Assembly (NCBI GenBank): GCA_964016885.1
Contig: OZ024743.1
Location: forward strand, 125,178,001 to 125,242,000
Direction of reading: 5' to 3'
DNA length: 64,000 nt
DNA from: Eledone cirrhosa
Taxonomy: Eukaryota
Under the pieces are notes generated by a model. It ran no database searches. It saw only the letters and a list, made by a program, of their open reading frames with translations, and had not been told where the DNA came from. Shown here piece by piece: positions 56,881 through 64,000 of the stretch; positions within the stretch are counted from its first letter, which is position 1; each line of letters opens with the position of its first letter. A program made the position numbers and the translations under genes.

Positions 56881-59600
56881 AAAGTGTAGCGTCAATGGCG
56901 GTGCCCTAACATGACCTCACCCTGTCAACTGGAACGCGTAAAAGAGTAAAGGGGAATATATATATAAGTGTGGGACAAATGTAGGAAACAGAACACTCGG
57001 TAGAGACAAGCCCATGGACAATTCCCACTCATCGGCTGTCTTCTGGAGATCATTATAGTTTCGGTTGTTTTCAAAAGACAGGAATATTTACCATCAATGT
57101 ATCAATAGCATTTAAAGAAAAAACAACGGACGAATAGCTATTGATGCGATGCACTGGTTACAACTGACCACAACCCCTTCCTACTACTTAATGTCATAGA
57201 GAATTATCAAGGTTATATTTGTAGCCTATATAATAACCATACAGTATGTATACGTGGAAACGTACGTGATGATTGTAATCGTACAGTGTATATTACACTG
57301 AAACAATGTCTATATAATTATAACTAGTCTGTAGTAGCCAAACAGTGTATGCACCGTTATAAATACTTTGTACTGTAAAAATCATACATAATCCCTCTAT
57401 CAATATTTACTACTGCTAAGTAACAGTATACAAGGTCTCAAACATACTTAGTATAATATACCTGCTAGTATATAGCGAACAAAGAGACATAGTGTGTCAT
57501 CGGATATAGAGGGCGTCAATGAAAATAAAATTTCTTCCTTGTGGCAATTGACCGAAGTACACGCAAACCTGCCACTTAAGGTAACCTTACAAATGGGTCA
57601 ACCCATGATTAAATAAAAGAAGAGGGCAGCAGTCAACGATTTAATTTTTTTATTTAACTCAGTTTTTCCTCATTATATTCGCTCAGTAGTGTTTGTGCTG
57701 CCCGGAGCGGTCCTTAAATTAGACACCACCCCCATCCATGAAAAAAATTATAACACAATACAGTATAGGTGACATCCCCGTCCCTCAAAAAGTGCATCCT
57801 GAGGCTGATCAACACACCTCCCTCACAGCTACACAACTCTATTCATCCATCTATTCATTCATTAATTCAACCCGTTTATTTTATTTTATTTTATTTTATT
57901 TTTACATTATGGGTCTTGAGCAGGAGTATTATAACTCGAAATTTACAGGGTTTTTCGCCTTGTTATTTACTGGTATAATACACATTGATGCCCTTCCTCC
58001 ACATTTTTAATTGCGAAGATGGGTTTATAAACATTGATGCATATCTATAAACGAAATTAAAAGAATTATATATTACAATGTCTCGGAATAAAACTGTACA
58101 TAAAGATGTGTTAGATCGACAATATTCCGTAAATACAGCATATTTTAAAAATAAAAACGGGGTAGATCTGCTCGATTAAGGTCGACGTGGGAATAAACAA
58201 TAACAACAAGAACAACTGCATTTAAATTGAGAATTCAACCATAAAATGATCGTTGTGGGTGGGAAAATAATAACACGCCAGATAATATTCCTTGTAATAT
58301 TTAATAACATACTTTTACGTTTTAAGTACAAATCCCACTGAAATTACTTTTATATTTCATCTCTACAGGTCGATAAAATAATAAGTAACTGTATTGTACT
58401 GAAGTCAAAAGAATCGGTTATAATTATTCCTTACAAATTTGCCCCTTTTTTGTAAAGTTTAAAATATTTTAACAAAAAGATTTAATTCAGGTTGAGCAAC
58501 AATTAATCATGTAATAAACTGGTTGAAATAGCGTAATTTCCATTTACTCCAATCCAAACGCCTGCAACCCTTTAGGTAGTAGTACATGGTCACTAGTTTT
58601 ACCGATAAATCAACCCTCAATACATGACTGGTACTTTATTTGAGAAAAGTCAACAAGGAAAACAACACAGGAGAACAATACAATACAATGATGATATATA
58701 TTAGTTAAATACTTGATATAGAAGGAGAAGAGGCTATATTTTTCGGTCGATAGTCCTTCATCGGGTGATACAATGAGAGACAAGAAGAAACAGAAAGACA
58801 GAGCGAGTAAGAAAAGAAAGAAAATAGGATATTTTTTCGAGAGAAAAACACGTATGTAGTTAATCAGTCATTTTTAAATATTGTTTACTTTATTTTATCG
58901 ATACCGGGAGGGTGTAAAGGAGAAATGATCTCAATGTCCAACGCTGTAACGATTCTGTCAATTGACTCTACGAGGATGCCACAAAAATAGGATAATTCAC
59001 GAGATGTATGAGGACGTCCCTCGTCGTGCCAGATGGAAAGTCGACAGAACTGAATATAGGGAGATATTTCATATAAGGGAGGTTCAACCATTTATGTCAC
59101 AATACTGATCGACTGTAACGGATTGGCAAAGCTGTTAAGGAGTCGAATAGGACACTGTGCCGTGTAGACTTCGGTTCAGTGTGTTCTGGGTTCAAACCCT
59201 GCCCTCGGTCACCAGAAAAATGATGGCATAAGAGGACTGTGATCCCTATCATTAAAACACCCAAGAAAGATTCTGTGAGAAACGATTTAATAGGAACAAG
59301 GCTAAACATACGCAGGAGTGAGCCATAATAATAACTCCTCACTCTAACAGTTCAAAGTAATCTACGTTTGGGAGCATATATGTGTGTGTGAGGGTTCTGG
59401 TGTTGTTTAGCTCCAGTCAACCCTGATTTAACAGATCTATGATCAAAGACAATCCCACCTTTAATTCCGGAACCACGCAATTCAACGTGTCATTTGCCTT
59501 TTAAGGTAGATTGTGTTTTGAGGGAGATTTGGTTATTATTTCTATTAGATCGAGCGACCACGTAAGAATCCCTTCATTAACTTGTCTTAACCGCTCTACT

Positions 59601-59641
<41 letters not shown>

Positions 59642-59924
59642 CTTTGTTTTTGTAGTTGTTGTTACTGTACTGAAAGACTCGATATAAAATAAAAAAAGTA
59701 TGAATGAGGGTGGGCCCTCACTGTCAAGGAGAGGCGGTGACAGGTAACTTTCGGCCCGAAGCATTCCAGTAGACCTATGATTAGACCAAGGGAATCAGCT
59801 AAGGAGAACACGAGCTTAGGGTCAGCGTAGAACCGAATAATCGGCTCTGCTGAATTACCACCAACGCTGGCATGTCTGTCAATCGCTTAAGCTGCACAAT
59901 TTGTCATTTAACATGTCCGTCTCA

Positions 59925-61470
59925 GACACACACAAACACACATATATACATACACACATACACACGCATACACATATGCGCAAGTATACATACATATACA
60001 TACACACATACACACACATACATACGTGCACGTATACATATATATATATACATACACACACACATACACACACATACACACACATACGCGCACGTATACA
60101 TATATATACATACACACATACATATACACACATACATGCACGTATACATATATATACATGCACACATACATACACACATACACACACATACGCGCACGTA
60201 TACATATATATACATACACACATACATACACACACATACGCGCACGTAGACATATATATACATACACACATACACACACATACATACGTGCACGTATACA
60301 TATATATATACATACACACATACATACACACACATACGCGCACGTATACATATATATACATACACGCATACATATACACACATACGTGCACGTATACATA
60401 TATATACATACACACATACATACACACATACACACACATACGCGCACGTATACATATATATACATACACACATACATATATATATACATATATATATACA
60501 CATACATATATATATACATACACACATACATACATACATACACATACGCGCACGTATACATATATATACATACACACATACATATACACACATACGTGCA
60601 CGTATACATATATATACATACACACATACATACACACATACACACACATACGCGCACGTATACATATATATACATACACACATACACCCACATACATACG
60701 TGCACGTATACATATATATATATACATACACACACACATACACACACACATACACACACATAAGCACACGTATACATATATATACATACACACATACATA
60801 CACACACATACGTGCACGTATACATATATATACATACACACATACATATACACACATACGTGCACGTATACATATATATACATACACACATACACACACA
60901 TACGCGCACGTATACATATATATATACATACACACATACATACACACACATACGCGCAAATATACATATATATACATACACAATTACATATACACACATA
61001 CGTGCACGTATACATATATATACATACACACACATACATACACATGCGCGCACGTATACATATATACACATACACAGATATACATACACACACATACGCA
61101 CATACATACACACACGCGCACAGATATGCGCACATACACATACACACCCATACATACATACACACACACACGCACGCACGCGCAAGTATACATATATATA
61201 CATACACACATACATACAAACACATACATACACACGCGCGCACGTATACATTTATACACATACACACATACACATATGCATACACACACGCGCGCACACA
61301 TATGCACACAAACACATACACACACCTAGATACACACGCGCGCCACATGGATATGCATCCACACACACATACACACGCAAGCGCTCACGCACACATACAC
61401 ACACACGCGCACACATGCATACATACAAGTACACACATATATACAAACATACCTACACATATACACACAC
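59925..61470. repeat. Compound minisatellite of alternating purine-pyrimidine units punctuated by CG[C/T]GCACGTATACATATATATACATAC
   Basis: More than 20 recurrences of GCACGTATACA at about 40-60 bp spacing. Confidence 0.9.
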
Positions 61471-61544
61471 AACCTTGAATCTGCGTACCTCTTTCAAGGA
61501 AAATACTTTCGTTTGGTCTTTTTAAACAATATTCCTTTCGTTAA

Positions 61545-61545
61545 T

Positions 61546-61578
<33 letters not shown>

Positions 61579-61790
61579 CTATCTATCAATATATCTATCT
61601 CTCTTTCTCTCTCTCTCACTCTCCCTCTCTATATGTCTATCTATCTATATCTATCTCTCTATCTCTTTCTCTCTTACTCACTCACTTACTCTCTCTTTCT
61701 CTCTTTCTCTCGTACTCACTCACTTACTCTCTCTCTCTCTCTCTATCTCTCTTACTCACTTACTCACTCTCTCTCTCTCTCTCTCTGTGC
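61545..61790. repeat. (CT)n-rich low-complexity tract
   Basis: Read directly from the sequence. Confidence 0.9.
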
Positions 61791-62144
61791 CTCTCACCCT
61801 TTTCTTATTCTCTTTAATTCTCTCAATCATTGTGTTCCTATCTTTCTCTTGTCCCTTTTCTCCCCTTTCCTATTTTATCAATTTTTCTGTCTCTCTGCGC
61901 TTATTGACACCCGCTAACTCACTTTCTTTTTCTCTTTTATTTAATTCCTTTAGTGTTATGATCTTAATAGTTTCACTCATTAGACAGCGGTCAAGTTGTA
62001 GCACTACCTTAAGGGAATTTAATTGATCCTGACAACTACCCCAGTACTTATTTTATCGATCACACTTTGTCGAAACGCTAAGATACGGGGTATTAAAACA
62101 GACATAGACGTTCAATTTAACGTCTATCATGGGAGAAAAATAAA

Positions 62145-62535
62145 TTAATTGTTTCTACTTTAGGCACAAGGCCAGCAATTACTCAATTCATTACTGGTAC
62201 TTTATTTTATCGACCCCGTAAGGATGAAAGGCAAAGTCAACCTCGGCGGGATTTGAACTCAGATCGTAAAGGGACGTAACTATGCTGGAAAGCATGGCAT
62301 CCGACCCTCTACCGATACTGCCAAGCCACCGCCTTGACTGTATTAATAATTGTTTCTACTTTAGGCACAAAGCCAGCAATTACCCAGTGCATTACTGGTA
62401 CTTTATTATATCGACCCCGTAAGGATGAAAGGCAAAGTTAATCTCGGCGGGATTTGAACTCAGATCGTAAAGGGACGTAACTATGCTGGAAAGCATGGCG
62501 TTCGACCCTCTACCGATACTGCCAATCCACCGCCC
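62145..62535 (-). mobile_element. Two tandem SINE copies with GGGAGAAAAATAAATTAAT TSD
   Basis: Copies at 62145-62333 and 62345-62535. The flank is duplicated around the pair. Confidence 0.92.
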
Positions 62536-62754
62536 GGGAGAAAAATAAATTAATGAGTCGAAGTCGGGATTCGGTTTAATGACCAGCTTAGGCCAATTAC
62601 CTTCACTTGCGACGTTAACAAAATGTCATTCGGAAAAGCATGAAAATTAGTTTTCATTTTACTTTCCTTTAAAATGTAAACATTTTTTTTCTTTTTTTTT
62701 TTCTATTCTATTAACCGATATTTCACCGATATTTCATAAGGGTGAAATAACTAA

Positions 62755-62830
<76 letters not shown>

Positions 62831-62859
62831 TATATATATATGTATATATATATATACAG

Positions 62860-62893
<34 letters not shown>

Positions 62894-62925
62894 TACAGTA
62901 TATATATATATATATATACAGTATG

Positions 62926-62957
<32 letters not shown>

Positions 62958-63122
62958 CAGTATGTATATATATATGTATATATATATACATATGTATATA
63001 TATTATATATATATATGTATATATATATATATAGGGAAACATAAAGCAGGCTTTGTTTACAAACAGGTAGCGAATTTGAAAATAGGTAGTAATATGTGCT
63101 TACGCCGTATTTGACTAAATAA

Positions 63123-63192
<70 letters not shown>

Positions 63193-63243
63193 ATGTTGAA
63201 AAAGTAACACACAGCGAGGGCCTATGCCTCCGTTAATTTATCA

Positions 63244-63278
<35 letters not shown>

Positions 63279-63458
63279 CAAAAGTTTATATGGTTCGTTG
63301 ATTATTCAACGAATTCAATTTTACAATAGATTAGAAGCACTCAATAGATTTATCTGGAGTATCTATAATATTAATAAATGAGAATTTTCATAACCAAAAT
63401 ATATAGTTTATTATTCAAGGGTACTGTGGTTTTTAAGTACGCCATCATCAGATAAAAC

Positions 63459-63539
<81 letters not shown>

Positions 63540-63559
63540 TTATATGCGCTAGACAAACA

Positions 63560-64000
63560 CTACTGGAGTTTCAGAAGGAATACTGGACCAGAAATACATA
63601 TAGTAATCTCTTCGACATAACTATGGGCTCTAGTGATTCCGCCCAAATTACCGATCTTGTGGGCCTCTTTCTTCTATTTAACATTAATTCATCTTTTCCC
63701 CACGTTAAAGGTGGTTTATATCGTGATGACTGTCTTCTTCTTTCCACTAATCTTAGCCTATCAGAAATTGAAAGAAATAAAAAACTTATTAGAACTTTCC
63801 TCAAAGACTATTACAATCTCACTATTACATTTGAAAACACCAGTAAAATAGTCAATTTCCTTGATATAACATTAGACTTATCTACGGGTATCTACCAACC
63901 TTACCATAAACCTAACCAAAACTTACATTACATACACTCACAATCCAATCACCCTAGATCTATCCTTAAAAATCTAGCATATAATATCTCACTCAGAATT
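63560..64000 (+). pseudogene. Penelope-like RT fragment of the YRDD type (possibly Naiad-like), running off the window end
   Basis: FDITMGSSDSAQITDLVGLFLL..GGLYRDDCL...VNFLDITLDL...YHKPN...YIHSQSNHP. Confidence 0.85.

Overview
Repeat-saturated, AT-rich animal intergenic or intronic DNA, most likely a coleoid cephalopod or octopod (inferred from the SINE family and microsatellite density). No host gene is supportable, and almost all short ORFs are (TA)n/(CA)n/(GA)n artefacts. Contents: a 31-bp satellite with higher-order structure (1-2736); a two-LTR Gypsy element with a 4-bp TSD (9678-15162); a near-intact Tx1/L1-type LINE (18405-22876, minus); decayed R4/Dong-, RTE-, CR1- and CRE-like LINEs; mariner, pogo and Helitron relics; a deleted LTR relic; and about 15 copies of one tRNA-derived SINE. 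The most striking signal is a dense population of (TA)n-embedded fold-back (inverted-repeat) units from several unrelated sequence families, some still carrying Penelope-like RT/GIY-YIG remnants. Many contain type I hammerhead ribozyme motifs, including a U3-A8 compensated core variant and a non-coding, partially tandem, retrozyme-like unit. Coordinates and folds were read by eye and are approximate.
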